Part shown: positions 47,664 through 56,658 of the stretch, piece after piece | Numbering within the stretch: the first letter of the stretch is position 1 | How the letters are laid out: each line of letters opens with the position of its first letter | From: a virus | Lineage: Duplodnaviria > Caudoviricetes | Direction: 5' to 3' (one strand) | DNA length: 64,000 bases | Virus record (IMG/VR): IMGVR_UViG_3300014208_000023 | Location: 160,001-224,000 of that record | Notes under the pieces: generated by a model | The model's database searches: none | The model's input: only the letters and a program-made list of their open reading frames with translations | What the model was told of the DNA's origin: nothing | Made by a program: the position numbers and the translations under genes

Positions 47664-48371
47664 TTAAGCATTAACATAATTTGGATTAACATTGGTTTCA
47701 CCAGTGCATCCAATTATTTGATAACCAAGCGGACTTAAAGCGGAATTAATTACTTCCTTAACTTTATTTGGTCCAACTTTAATTCTATCAGAATTATATC
47801 TAATAGTAACATTCTTACCTTCTACATCAAGACGTAACGACCCTTTAACTCCCTGAACGCTACTATCAAGCGCTGCAACTATATCGGCTGGCAAAGCATC
47901 ATCGGCCTGATTAGCATCTTTTGGAGCTGGTTTTGGTGCTGGCCTGGGAGAAGGCTTGGGAGAAGGCTTTTGATTTTTCTTGTCCAAAGGATCTGGCGGA
48001 AGGTCATCACATAAAGGGTCTCCTTGAAGACATTGCGCCAATTTATGAAAATTAGAGAAGTTTTTACGAAGCCTTGCAACTTTCTCTTCTGATTTTATAG
48101 ATGCAGTTACAATCACTCTAATGGCAGGATTAATTTTTTGAACCACAGCCCTTATTGCAGTCTCAATTTCTCCTCTGGATTTGCCGGCAGTAGTTAAGTC
48201 TTTGGCGCTAACATCAATTTTGACATCGCTAGCCGTGACCATAACGGTACTATCAGTGCTATTTGGAAGCAACTGATTTAAAGCCGCATCAACTGCAGCT
48301 TTAACGGTAGTAATTGGATCTTGAGAGATTTTATAGAATTTTGACGCTATCTTAAGTAAATCATTGACCAT
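47664..48371 (-). CDS. Hypothetical two-domain protein with an LLKIAxxF leader
   Basis: Start moved to ATG 48371 (MVNDLLKIASKFYKISQ); the longer ORF-track start runs through the upstream terminator. Confidence 0.6.
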   Translation of the reverse strand: MVNDLLKIASKFYKISQDPITTVKAAVDAALNQLLPNSTDSTVMVTASDVKIDVSAKDLTTAGKSRGEIETAIRAVVQKINPAIRVIVTASIKSEEKVARLRKNFSNFHKLAQCLQGDPLCDDLPPDPLDKKNQKPSPKPSPRPAPKPAPKDANQADDALPADIVAALDSSVQGVKGSLRLDVEGKNVTIRYNSDRIKVGPNKVKEVINSALSPLGYQIIGCTGETNVNPNYVNA

Positions 48372-48403
48372 ACGAAGATGCTTTAAAATGTATAGAAATA
48401 AAT

Positions 48404-48442
48404 AAAAAAAAAAAAAACGGAGAGCATTTTCATGCTCTCCGC
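48404..48442 (-). terminator. Intrinsic terminator after the decoration-like gene
   Basis: GCGGAGAGCAT-GAAA-ATGCTCTCCGT followed by a long U-tract. Confidence 0.88.
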
Positions 48443-48475
48443 TTTTCAAGCTAGGAGATAAGGCCTAGCTAGCTA

Positions 48476-49168
48476 TCAGGTAGCTGCGCCTGAGAACCAG
48501 TACGTCGCCATCGTGAAACGATTGGCTGATACCGATGCAACTGACCCTGAAGGTGAGTTGAGTGCAGCGACAAGATTGACTGGCGTATTGACTAGTGAGC
48601 CATTGCTTGAGAACTCGACGAGGCGAGCAACCGCAGTCGCCCCACCGCCGGCCGCGCCCTTGGTTGAACCGACTGGCGTAAGCAATCCGAGGACTGAATA
48701 CGTTAGTGGAGCATTTGGGGCTAGGGTTGCGTTTGAAGGAACTAGTCCGTCAGTCGCGGTATCACAAGCATCGAGGGTCGTAGCATAGAACCCTTGCTGA
48801 CCGTAAATGGTAACTTTACCAGATCCAGCAGCCGTGTGTGGTCCGAGTACCGCTCCGTTAATAACTTGCTGTCCAGTCTGTCCGCCAACAACCTGGCCGA
48901 ATAGAGTTCCGTAACCAGTCGTTCCTTCATCAGCAAGGAATAGTGGTTTCGTACCGGCGGCCATGGCAGTCGTTAGAACGGCGCGTTGTTTGCTGGTCGT
49001 ACCAACATATCCGTCTTCAACGTCAGCAGCTTCGAGATCGATGCTGGTGCCGATTGCAGTTGCGGTGAAGGTAACTAATTCGCCACCCTTGAGGGTAGCG
49101 GTTGGCGCGTCGAGACCGTCGAAGTCGCCGTAGGGCATTAAGCCTGATTGTTTTAATACTAGAGCCAT
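48476..49168 (-). CDS. Abundant head decoration/cement-like protein
   Basis: High-expression codon bias like MCP; ATLKGGELV...GSGKVTIYGQQGFYAT...LTYSVLGLLT; paralog of 55647..56348. Confidence 0.55.
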   Translation of the reverse strand: MALVLKQSGLMPYGDFDGLDAPTATLKGGELVTFTATAIGTSIDLEAADVEDGYVGTTSKQRAVLTTAMAAGTKPLFLADEGTTGYGTLFGQVVGGQTGQQVINGAVLGPHTAAGSGKVTIYGQQGFYATTLDACDTATDGLVPSNATLAPNAPLTYSVLGLLTPVGSTKGAAGGGATAVARLVEFSSNGSLVNTPVNLVAALNSPSGSVASVSANRFTMATYWFSGAAT

Positions 49169-49267
49169 TTTATTTTCCTATTTTCCAAAAACTTTCACCT
49201 GTTGGTCTTACAAATCTAAATTAATATACATTTATTGCCAGATTTCATAAAATAATTTGTATTTTAT

Positions 49268-50629
49268 TTATTTTCCCCATATACTATTGATAAATTTCAT
49301 AGTATCTTCGTCTGGCTTATGGCCGATAAGGTCCCAAATACTGTTCTCTTGCTTGGCTTTTTGGGCATTTTCAGTGGGTTTTACCTCTGTTGGTTTCACT
49401 TCCTCTTTTGTGGGTTCCGCTTTATTAGATTTTGCTTCTTCTACTGATTTATTTACGATTCCAGTCATAGTAGCTTTTAAATTATCTATTGCTATGGATA
49501 ATGATTTGAATGAATCTCTTACGTCTTGAATATCATTTGCCACGCCAGGGACCTGTAAATAACTAACTGCTTTAGCAAAGGATCCTTGCTTGGCTTTTGC
49601 TTCGAAAGTTTCTTTTATTTTTTCAAATGTTCCAAGCATATCAATGAATATTTTTGAATCATTTTTTACTTCCTGTATTTCATTTGGAGTAACTGGCTCA
49701 TTCTTAATAGATTTAGATTGAACAGTATTTAAAATTGTAATATAATCATTAGAGGCCTTAACTAATTTGCCCATAAAATCTTCTACGGTTTTGAAATACA
49801 CTTCTTCTTCTGGAACGGCTTTTTTTAAATCACCCATCTGATTTAAAAGATCTGCAGAATTTTCTTTAATGTTTTTTACTTTTGGACTGGTATTAAAAAT
49901 ATATCCCTCAATACCACCAATTGTTCCGCCAATTAATGCTCCAACGCCAGCACCAGCAAGCGATAGCGGCCCTCCCCAAGACGTAATAATAGCGCCAACG
50001 AGCGCTCCGCTCGCAGCCCCAGCCAATGCTCCTTCGCCAACTCCGCCAATATCACTAACTAGCTTGTCGCCCTTATTTCCACCGACAAAATCTACCGCCT
50101 TATGTGCGTAGTCTCCAAGATCGCCTAAAAAATCAGCTTTTTTTTTAAACCCATCTAGGCATTCGTCTGCCAATGCGCGAAGCTCTTCTTCGTCTGCATT
50201 ATCCATATCGTTACCAATACGAATTAGTTCCATCGCCAAATCTTTTTCGGCGTCTTTTAAGAACATATCGGAGCTGCCAGATGGTGCCTTGGAAAGAATC
50301 TTGTTAATGATTATGTTTTGACGCTCGTTTATGTTTTCAACCAAAGCATTAATCTTATCATAAGATGGAGCAACAACTACCGCATTTGGATGAGCATACT
50401 CCGCTATATTGTTCTCATATTTAATATAGCTTTCTGGCTTAACGCCATATAATGCTTCTATGGTGGAAATATCATCAGATCCAACACGAGGATACGTTTC
50501 ACTTCTATAATTTTTAAGCTCTTTACTCTCTTTTTCTTTTTTCTTTTCTTCAGCAGCAGTCTTAACTAGGCCTTTTTCTTCGGCAAGTTTAGCATAAGCC
50601 TCAAACATTTCACTTTTTCGTTCTCTCAT
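49268..50629 (-). CDS. Putative internal head/ejection protein with a glycine-zipper membrane segment
   Basis: GALAGAASGALVGAIITSWGGPLSLAGAGVGALIGGTIGG; motifs VKTAA and KKKAD. Confidence 0.5.
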   Translation of the reverse strand: MRERKSEMFEAYAKLAEEKGLVKTAAEEKKKEKESKELKNYRSETYPRVGSDDISTIEALYGVKPESYIKYENNIAEYAHPNAVVVAPSYDKINALVENINERQNIIINKILSKAPSGSSDMFLKDAEKDLAMELIRIGNDMDNADEEELRALADECLDGFKKKADFLGDLGDYAHKAVDFVGGNKGDKLVSDIGGVGEGALAGAASGALVGAIITSWGGPLSLAGAGVGALIGGTIGGIEGYIFNTSPKVKNIKENSADLLNQMGDLKKAVPEEEVYFKTVEDFMGKLVKASNDYITILNTVQSKSIKNEPVTPNEIQEVKNDSKIFIDMLGTFEKIKETFEAKAKQGSFAKAVSYLQVPGVANDIQDVRDSFKSLSIAIDNLKATMTGIVNKSVEEAKSNKAEPTKEEVKPTEVKPTENAQKAKQENSIWDLIGHKPDEDTMKFINSIWGK

Positions 50630-50655
50630 GGTTTCCTATATTATATGCTTGTATA

Positions 50656-51717
50656 TTAGTTTTTGGGCTTATCTTTAAGATATCCATTTATGATGTAGCT
50701 TACGATATCAATTTTTCTTTCAAAAGGTTTTGGAAAAGAGTATATATCTAATGATTCTGCCAATAGATTTCTGTCTTTAAACATTTTTTCTACTTGAATA
50801 AAGTTTTTAGAGCTAGTAATTTTATTTTCTTCATTTTTAAGATCTGGAAATGCCGATTCAATCCATTGAATTAGATAAGACCTAATATTTCCAATATTAC
50901 CGCGCTCTAACCATACTGTTTTCGGACCATTACTATTAAACTTATATAGATCTCTATCTACTGACGGAGATACCGTAAGATCATAAATTGGCTGGCGACC
51001 CATTGGAGCAGAGCTTGCCTCGCCATCATCTTTTTTTGGATCAGTAGTTATACCTATAGCTCCTCGTGCTGCCCCAGCAGCAGTGGTGAGCCCAATGCCG
51101 GCTATGGCGGTAGTAATTGCAAATGGAATAATTTTCCTGAATAGTTTAGACAATATTCCGCGTGATGTTCCGGCAGCCATTCCTAGAACGCCAGACCGTT
51201 TAATCATAGACGTAATGCTAGAGGCACCAGTAGATGGCGGAAGTTTGTCTTGAGAAGGATTATTTTTGGCCTTATCGTAGGCTTCTTGTAATTTTTCCTC
51301 ATCAACAGTATTGCTTACGTGCTGCGATAAAGCATCATCAGTAGCCTTCTCTATTTTAGACTGCAACTCTTCTTTAGTTGGCTTGGCTGCAGATGGATGT
51401 ATAGTATCTCTAATTATTTCCCATACGGAATTTTTTAAAGATTCCCAGATGCCAGCCCAATCAAATCCAAGCGCACCGGCAACTTCATAAGCAATTCCCA
51501 TCCAAGGAAATCCGAGCCTCATAAGTAGTGGTCCTCCCAAAAATGCCGCAAGACCAGCAAATGGGCGCTCTTTTATTTCATCCCATTTTTTTCCAGCATA
51601 TTCGGTTATTCCAGATAATATATTGTCAAAAGTGCTACCGCCTTCAGCCAAAACAATCATTGGAGATTGTTCCTGATAAAGCTTGTTAATATATAAGGTT
51701 GCTGCTAGATAAGTCAT
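50656..51717 (-). CDS. Putative internal head/ejection protein with hydrophobic segments
   Basis: PFAGLAAFLGGPLLM..., IIPFAITTAIAGIGLTTAAG. Confidence 0.45.
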   Translation of the reverse strand: MTYLAATLYINKLYQEQSPMIVLAEGGSTFDNILSGITEYAGKKWDEIKERPFAGLAAFLGGPLLMRLGFPWMGIAYEVAGALGFDWAGIWESLKNSVWEIIRDTIHPSAAKPTKEELQSKIEKATDDALSQHVSNTVDEEKLQEAYDKAKNNPSQDKLPPSTGASSITSMIKRSGVLGMAAGTSRGILSKLFRKIIPFAITTAIAGIGLTTAAGAARGAIGITTDPKKDDGEASSAPMGRQPIYDLTVSPSVDRDLYKFNSNGPKTVWLERGNIGNIRSYLIQWIESAFPDLKNEENKITSSKNFIQVEKMFKDRNLLAESLDIYSFPKPFERKIDIVSYIINGYLKDKPKN

Positions 51718-51719
51718 TA

Positions 51720-52850
51720 TTACAGCGGAGAGCTGGCTCCTCCAGTTGATTGGTGTAGCGCCGCCAACTTGCTAGCAGCGCTATTAAAGTTTAATTTATA
51801 TGATGTTGCCATTTGAAACTGACTGCTTAATGATTCGTTTGTTGCAAACATTGGTACGGTTCGCAATATACCTATAAAATTTCCTACGGCCACCATCATA
51901 GATGCAAGTCCAGAGGCAATTTGAGACAGTTCAGAATATGTATATGCATCATTTGATGGGTGACTTGGAATCCCTGGGGCATTTATTTTTGTTGCTGGGT
52001 TCGTAGGCATAGTTATTTCTTGATCTGGAATTGCGCTATTAAATGTGTTTTTTATATTGTTAGCAATTTCAATGCCAGTATCATTTGGCTCACACGCAAA
52101 TCCAGTTTTTTCTGGAGATTTATAAGTCAGTCTTTTTAAACGCAATTGAAGATTATTCATACTAGAAGTTGCGGAATCTAAAGCTCTCTCTATGGTTCCT
52201 CCGCTATTCTCATATTTTTTATACATTTGCTCAATTTGGACCGCTCGTTTATAGATATCAACAAAATCTATATTAATGCCGTCAAAAATTTGAATTGAGG
52301 CTGATTGCCCAGTAGATGGCTGCTGACCCCGACCTGCAGCTGGCTGTCCTGGCTGTCCTGGCTGTCCAGCCGCTTGCTGTCCTGGCTGTCCTGGCTGTCC
52401 TGGCTGTCCTGGCTGTCCTGGCTGTCCTGCTGTGGCCGCTTGTTGCACCGGTTTTGGAGGGAAAATATCCAGTTTTGTATTGAGAACTTTATTTTGGTTT
52501 GCCTCTTCAATAAGCGCCCCTATTGATTCTGATACTGCTGGGTTAGACGCAAAACGATTTCTTAAATCTGCTAAAAATAAAGCGAGACCATCAGGATCAA
52601 ACTGCCCATTTTCAACTATACTATTTCCATCCACCGCAGCATTATTATTTTTTGCCCAATTTTTAAAATCATTTAATGATTCCATATCTTGTAATGTTGG
52701 ATTTTTTGATGCCTTAAGTGGAGATATTTGATTCTTTAGATTACTAATTATTTGAAGGGCAGCGCCGGTTAATTCTGCTGGAGGACTAGCTTGTGCTATG
52801 ACAAGGAGTTTTTCAAGTAAGTCTAAATCATTATATATAAAAGAATTCAT
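51720..52850 (-). CDS. Hypothetical internal head protein with a GQP linker
   Basis: Two helical domains joined by (GQP)n. Confidence 0.5.
   Translation of the reverse strand: MNSFIYNDLDLLEKLLVIAQASPPAELTGAALQIISNLKNQISPLKASKNPTLQDMESLNDFKNWAKNNNAAVDGNSIVENGQFDPDGLALFLADLRNRFASNPAVSESIGALIEEANQNKVLNTKLDIFPPKPVQQAATAGQPGQPGQPGQPGQPGQQAAGQPGQPGQPAAGRGQQPSTGQSASIQIFDGINIDFVDIYKRAVQIEQMYKKYENSGGTIERALDSATSSMNNLQLRLKRLTYKSPEKTGFACEPNDTGIEIANNIKNTFNSAIPDQEITMPTNPATKINAPGIPSHPSNDAYTYSELSQIASGLASMMVAVGNFIGILRTVPMFATNESLSSQFQMATSYKLNFNSAASKLAALHQSTGGASSPL
52341..52427 (-). repeat. 9-bp tandem repeat (GGACAGCCA, Gly-Gln-Pro) x8
   Basis: 5 + 3 perfect copies separated by GQQAA codons. Confidence 0.9.
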
Positions 52851-53885
52851 TTATTTGTCCGCAAATGGATTTGGTGGCACAATGGCTGGCTTATTGCTTG
52901 GTAACATTGGCCCAGCAGGGGCAGACGTATTAGTTACCTTTATAGTTCTTTTTTTAATTCCTTGCTCAATAGAAGTTAAAAATGCATAGAGCTGATCATC
53001 ATCTTCAACATCTACATTAAGTTTATCTTTATTTTTTGTAATATATTCTATAAGAAGTTCTTTATTTGATAAATAAAATAGATTTATTGGTTCAGGGAAT
53101 ACTTTTGAGATAAGCTGAATATTATTCATATTTGGAAATTGTTTCTTTAGTTCCTCTTGACCCCTACCTTTTTCTGAATATCCTGCTGGAAGCTCGCCGG
53201 TATTTCTTATGCCAGACATAGTTCCATCCATAGTTTGTAATAACGGAGGGATGCTGTCATGAATTTTAATTAGAATTTCCGTTGCTTGTTCGGCAGCAAT
53301 ATTAACTTGCTTATGATCGGCAATTATTTTTTTAAGAGAACTTATATCATTTTCTCCAAATTGTAATTGTGTTCCAAATTTAGAAGATAAAGGAATCATT
53401 ACATTAGCCAAACTCACTATACCGTTTAGAGCAATAGTTGTATTATTGCCCCATTGACCGTCAGCTTTACCCGGTTTCATTGTTTTATAGTTTGCTGGAG
53501 CTCCTGCCTTATCAATACTTTTAAGAATATTCGATAAAGAAGTTGGTGCTGGACCACTTCCCAAATGTCTGCTGAATATTTTTCCAGTGTGGTGACGGTC
53601 TAATGATTCAATTATTGTTGGATCCGCAGTGCCATCAAGCATTTGTTTTAAGCCTGGTTTTGCTCCAGGCCTATTTTTAGCAATGTCTTCAATTGAAAAC
53701 GCACTTCTTATTCGAAGCATTTCAGTTTGCATGCGCGTTACTTGATCATTATTGGCTGGACGCATTCCTTTTGATGGAACTGTGGCCGCAGCCGGTGTGC
53801 CTGGCGTAGCTGCTGGTGCAGTAGTAGCTGCTGGATTGGCGGGCTCTGTTCCTGGATAAAATTTTGATTGTGCTTTTTTATACAT
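52851..53885 (-). CDS. Hypothetical internal head protein with a peptidoglycan-binding-like motif
   Basis: MYKKAQ leader; KADGQWGNNTTIAL resembles the DG.wG..T..Al signature. Confidence 0.45.
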   Translation of the reverse strand: MYKKAQSKFYPGTEPANPAATTAPAATPGTPAAATVPSKGMRPANNDQVTRMQTEMLRIRSAFSIEDIAKNRPGAKPGLKQMLDGTADPTIIESLDRHHTGKIFSRHLGSGPAPTSLSNILKSIDKAGAPANYKTMKPGKADGQWGNNTTIALNGIVSLANVMIPLSSKFGTQLQFGENDISSLKKIIADHKQVNIAAEQATEILIKIHDSIPPLLQTMDGTMSGIRNTGELPAGYSEKGRGQEELKKQFPNMNNIQLISKVFPEPINLFYLSNKELLIEYITKNKDKLNVDVEDDDQLYAFLTSIEQGIKKRTIKVTNTSAPAGPMLPSNKPAIVPPNPFADK

Positions 53886-55614
53886 TTGGAAGCTTTGCTT
53901 TTTTAAATGCTGTAACTGGCAAAATTATTTCGTTATTCAATCTATCGGCATATATTTTTACATTTGATGCTTTGTCTGCCGATGATGGTAACTCACTAAA
54001 CTCTTTTAGTTCGCTTGCCAAATGTTTTTTTGTATCTTCTAGCCAAGATATCATTTTAGGTCCCTCAGCTAATTTTTGAGCTTTAATTGCAGACTCATAC
54101 TTGTTGATTAAATTTTCAGTTTCTTTATATTTTTTCAATAAAGAATCAACTTCGGCGCCACCAGCAGCATTTAATTTTTCTTTAGATATTCTATCAATTT
54201 CACTGTCAATTTCTTTAAGGCTAGAATCAATTATTTCGGAGGCTTTTCTACAAAGCTCCATAAAATTGTTTGCAGCAAGCTCTACATCAGCATGACCACT
54301 TAAAAATCTAGTGCCATACATAGATTGTTCTTTATGTTTTTTTGCAGCGTCCCAAATTTTAAATGTTGCTTTATGAGCAGCATTAAGATTACGTTTTAAA
54401 GATACTATTGCAATATAATTTTCTGCAGATGGAGATTTTTTAAATTCATCTTTAGCATTAATTCCTTTTAGGATATTTGGAAGAATGCCCTTCAAATCAT
54501 CAACATTTTTATATTCTGCTGCTGACAAATCTCCTTTAACATCCTCGCATTCCAAAAGAACCTGCTGTCCTGCTTTTTGAAAATCCTGTATTGAATAGAA
54601 TCTATCAAATAACATATAGCCACCGACAGATCCAGCTATCGCTGCGGCTACCCCAGCAATAACTAATGGATTTGCAAGAAAACTAAGCAACCCTCCGCTA
54701 GCTGGTGCCGTTGCTGCTGCTGGAGCCGCAATTGCTCCAGGTATTGCCGCTGGAGCCGTAGCTGCAGCACCAGCAGCGGTTCCTGGAGCAACTAATTCTG
54801 GAACTACTCCTGGAAGAGCGCTTGGTACTGGTGGCCATGGGGCTGCGGTTTTAACGTTTAAAGTTTTTTTTAGCATACTTACTATTTCAGCCTTCTTTGT
54901 TGAAGGCGTGCTATTAACCATTTGCATTATTGAATCAATATATGCATCCACATCTTCAATGCTATCGATTCTAAATTGTGGCCCAATAATGAATTGTTTA
55001 AGGACCGAGAATGCCGTTATACGCTGGCTCTCATCTGGATTATTGAAGTTTTCAACAATTCTTTTGGCCATATCGTGAAGTCTAACCATATATAGATATA
55101 CTGATGATTTCTTTTTGTCCGGAGAGTTAGCATCGCCCTTATTAGACACAATCTTATTATTTAAGGCATCTGCTAATGCTTGAAATTTTTGAGCAATAAT
55201 TATGTTTTTAATTGTGCCAGCTAATTGTGCGCTCTTGAGAACAACTTTTAGTATTTTCTTATGTTGAGAAGGACCAGTCTCAACATCTCCGTTGTTATCT
55301 TGCGCAGGAGCCATTTCCACATCACCATCTGGGTGGGCGGATTCTAGGAGCTCATCTCCTGTTTCCGAATGCGCCCGATAGAGTAAATTTGCATCGACTT
55401 CGGCTTTTTTATATGTTCCAAAGCGATTTTCAAGATTTTCTGCCTGCTGAACATAACCTGCCGTACGCAGCTTTGACGCTAACGTAAGTAGCTTTTCAGT
55501 TAATGATAATTCGGCAGCTGGCTCCACAACTGGAGCTTCTGGAAGAATAACTGGATTCTCCTGAAGTTCAGCCATGATCTCTAGGTGCTTTAGGTCCTTC
55601 AAAGTAAAAGTCAT
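53878..55614 (-). CDS. Putative internal head/ejection protein with a TM segment
   Basis: Start moved to ATG 55614 (GAGGA SD; removes the overlap with the upstream gene); LLSFLANPLVIAGVAAAIAGSVGGYMLF; several K-x-A motifs. Confidence 0.5.
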   Translation of the reverse strand: MTFTLKDLKHLEIMAELQENPVILPEAPVVEPAAELSLTEKLLTLASKLRTAGYVQQAENLENRFGTYKKAEVDANLLYRAHSETGDELLESAHPDGDVEMAPAQDNNGDVETGPSQHKKILKVVLKSAQLAGTIKNIIIAQKFQALADALNNKIVSNKGDANSPDKKKSSVYLYMVRLHDMAKRIVENFNNPDESQRITAFSVLKQFIIGPQFRIDSIEDVDAYIDSIMQMVNSTPSTKKAEIVSMLKKTLNVKTAAPWPPVPSALPGVVPELVAPGTAAGAAATAPAAIPGAIAAPAAATAPASGGLLSFLANPLVIAGVAAAIAGSVGGYMLFDRFYSIQDFQKAGQQVLLECEDVKGDLSAAEYKNVDDLKGILPNILKGINAKDEFKKSPSAENYIAIVSLKRNLNAAHKATFKIWDAAKKHKEQSMYGTRFLSGHADVELAANNFMELCRKASEIIDSSLKEIDSEIDRISKEKLNAAGGAEVDSLLKKYKETENLINKYESAIKAQKLAEGPKMISWLEDTKKHLASELKEFSELPSSADKASNVKIYADRLNNEIILPVTAFKKAKLPNV

Positions 55615-55631
55615 AGATATTCCTCTTGAAA

Positions 55632-55644
55632 ATGCAAGATTATT
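55632..55644 (-). promoter_or_regulatory. Candidate phage late promoter
   Basis: AATAATCTTGCAT, 17 nt before ATG 55614. Confidence 0.5.
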
Positions 55645-55646
55645 GC

Positions 55647-56348
55647 TTATAGTAGCAGTGCTTGTAGCGTAGAATTTATAACTGAAGGAGGAGCAGTACA
55701 TATCGCAACTATTGGACTATTTGGAAGTATTTGTCTTGTAGTAAATAATCCATGCTCATTAAGAAACAAATTTGACATTACATTATATTGCTGATTGACT
55801 TCAAACTGATCTGTCTCAAAAAGCATTCTTTGAAACCAAATCGTAACCATCTGCGACCCAAATGTAGTGTCGTCGCCAATAACATTTGGTATCTGATAGG
55901 GATATCGCACTAGTGTTTTAATTGAGTCTGGAGTGCCTGTCCCGCCTAGATCGAAATTAAGCAGGGTTCCTGCTGGAAATACTATTACTCCATTTCTAGG
56001 AATTAGCTGAACGGGAACTGGATTAGATATAAAGTAGTTACCATCAACGTTTGGGTTGTCTAGTTCGGCCTTGATGTCCATTATAGTAATGAGCTGTCCC
56101 GCCCCATTTACCATGACGTTGGCTGGGTCTGGAGTAACTATACGTTCTTCGTCCCAGCTAACTGCGCTAAATGCTTTGGTTTTAACATCGTCAGCTATGC
56201 CGAAGAAGCTCATTCCGTTGCTTGGAGTCCCCATGATTTGGGAACCGAGAACGGTAAGTGTCATCGCGGTGCCTGATTCAAATGTGGCAGAAGGATCGAC
56301 TGGGACCTGCCATGGAACGGAATTCCCCGCCTCTAAAATCCTAAGCAT
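55647..56348 (-). CDS. Head decoration-like protein, paralog of 48476..49168
   Basis: ATFESG...GSQMVTIWFQRMLFET...LNEHGLFTT. Confidence 0.5.
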   Translation of the reverse strand: MLRILEAGNSVPWQVPVDPSATFESGTAMTLTVLGSQIMGTPSNGMSFFGIADDVKTKAFSAVSWDEERIVTPDPANVMVNGAGQLITIMDIKAELDNPNVDGNYFISNPVPVQLIPRNGVIVFPAGTLLNFDLGGTGTPDSIKTLVRYPYQIPNVIGDDTTFGSQMVTIWFQRMLFETDQFEVNQQYNVMSNLFLNEHGLFTTRQILPNSPIVAICTAPPSVINSTLQALLL

Positions 56349-56516
56349 TACGCGACCTTAGCTGTGGTTGATAGTGGTAAATGGGACCAACTTTTCCCAT
56401 TCACAATATTGTTTATGCATTTTCTACTCACGTTATACTCCTTCGATAATTCGACGTTGCTATATTTGCCACTAATCAGTCTTATCCACATAAATATAAA
56501 AAATTGACTCTTTCAT
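56348..56516 (-). pseudogene. Internally deleted homing endonuclease remnant (GIY-YIG-like N-terminus + C-terminal HTH)
   Basis: 56516..56472 encodes MKESIFYIYVDKTD*. In a shifted frame, 56491..56348 encodes a 47-aa ORF with ELSKEYNVSRKCINNIVNGKSWSHL. Confidence 0.55.
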
Positions 56517-56590
56517 TAGCGTTATACCTACCTATATATCTACTAATATACTATTATAGCGACTTACCGACAAGAAAAAGAGCTTATACT

Positions 56591-56638
56591 ATAAAATGAA
56601 GGAACCTTCCCGTTTTAAGCAGGAAGGCTTCATTTTAT
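56591..56638 (-). terminator. Hairpin/terminator after 56659..57387
   Basis: ATAAAATGAAG-CCTTCC...GGAAGG-TTC-CTTCATTTTAT interrupted stem. Confidence 0.65.
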
Positions 56639-56658
56639 ATTGATGCTAGTTTTGTTCT

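Noticed and set aside
48372-48449. 5' extension of ORF 47664..48449 (MKSGEHENALRFFFF)
   Set aside because: It runs through an intrinsic terminator and its U-tract; ATG 48371 gives the shared leader motif.
41872-52427. CRISPR array or DGR template/variable repeats
   Set aside because: All repeats seen are in-frame coding repeats without unique spacers; no reverse transcriptase or adenine-specific repeat pair was noticed.
55615-55701. 5' extension of ORF 53878..55701
   Set aside because: It overlaps the upstream gene; ATG 55614 has a GAGGA SD and a promoter-like motif.
56349-56658. tRNA or structured ncRNA in the largest minus-strand gap
   Set aside because: No cloverleaf or T-loop motif; the gap is explained by a terminator, a promoter-like motif and an endonuclease remnant.
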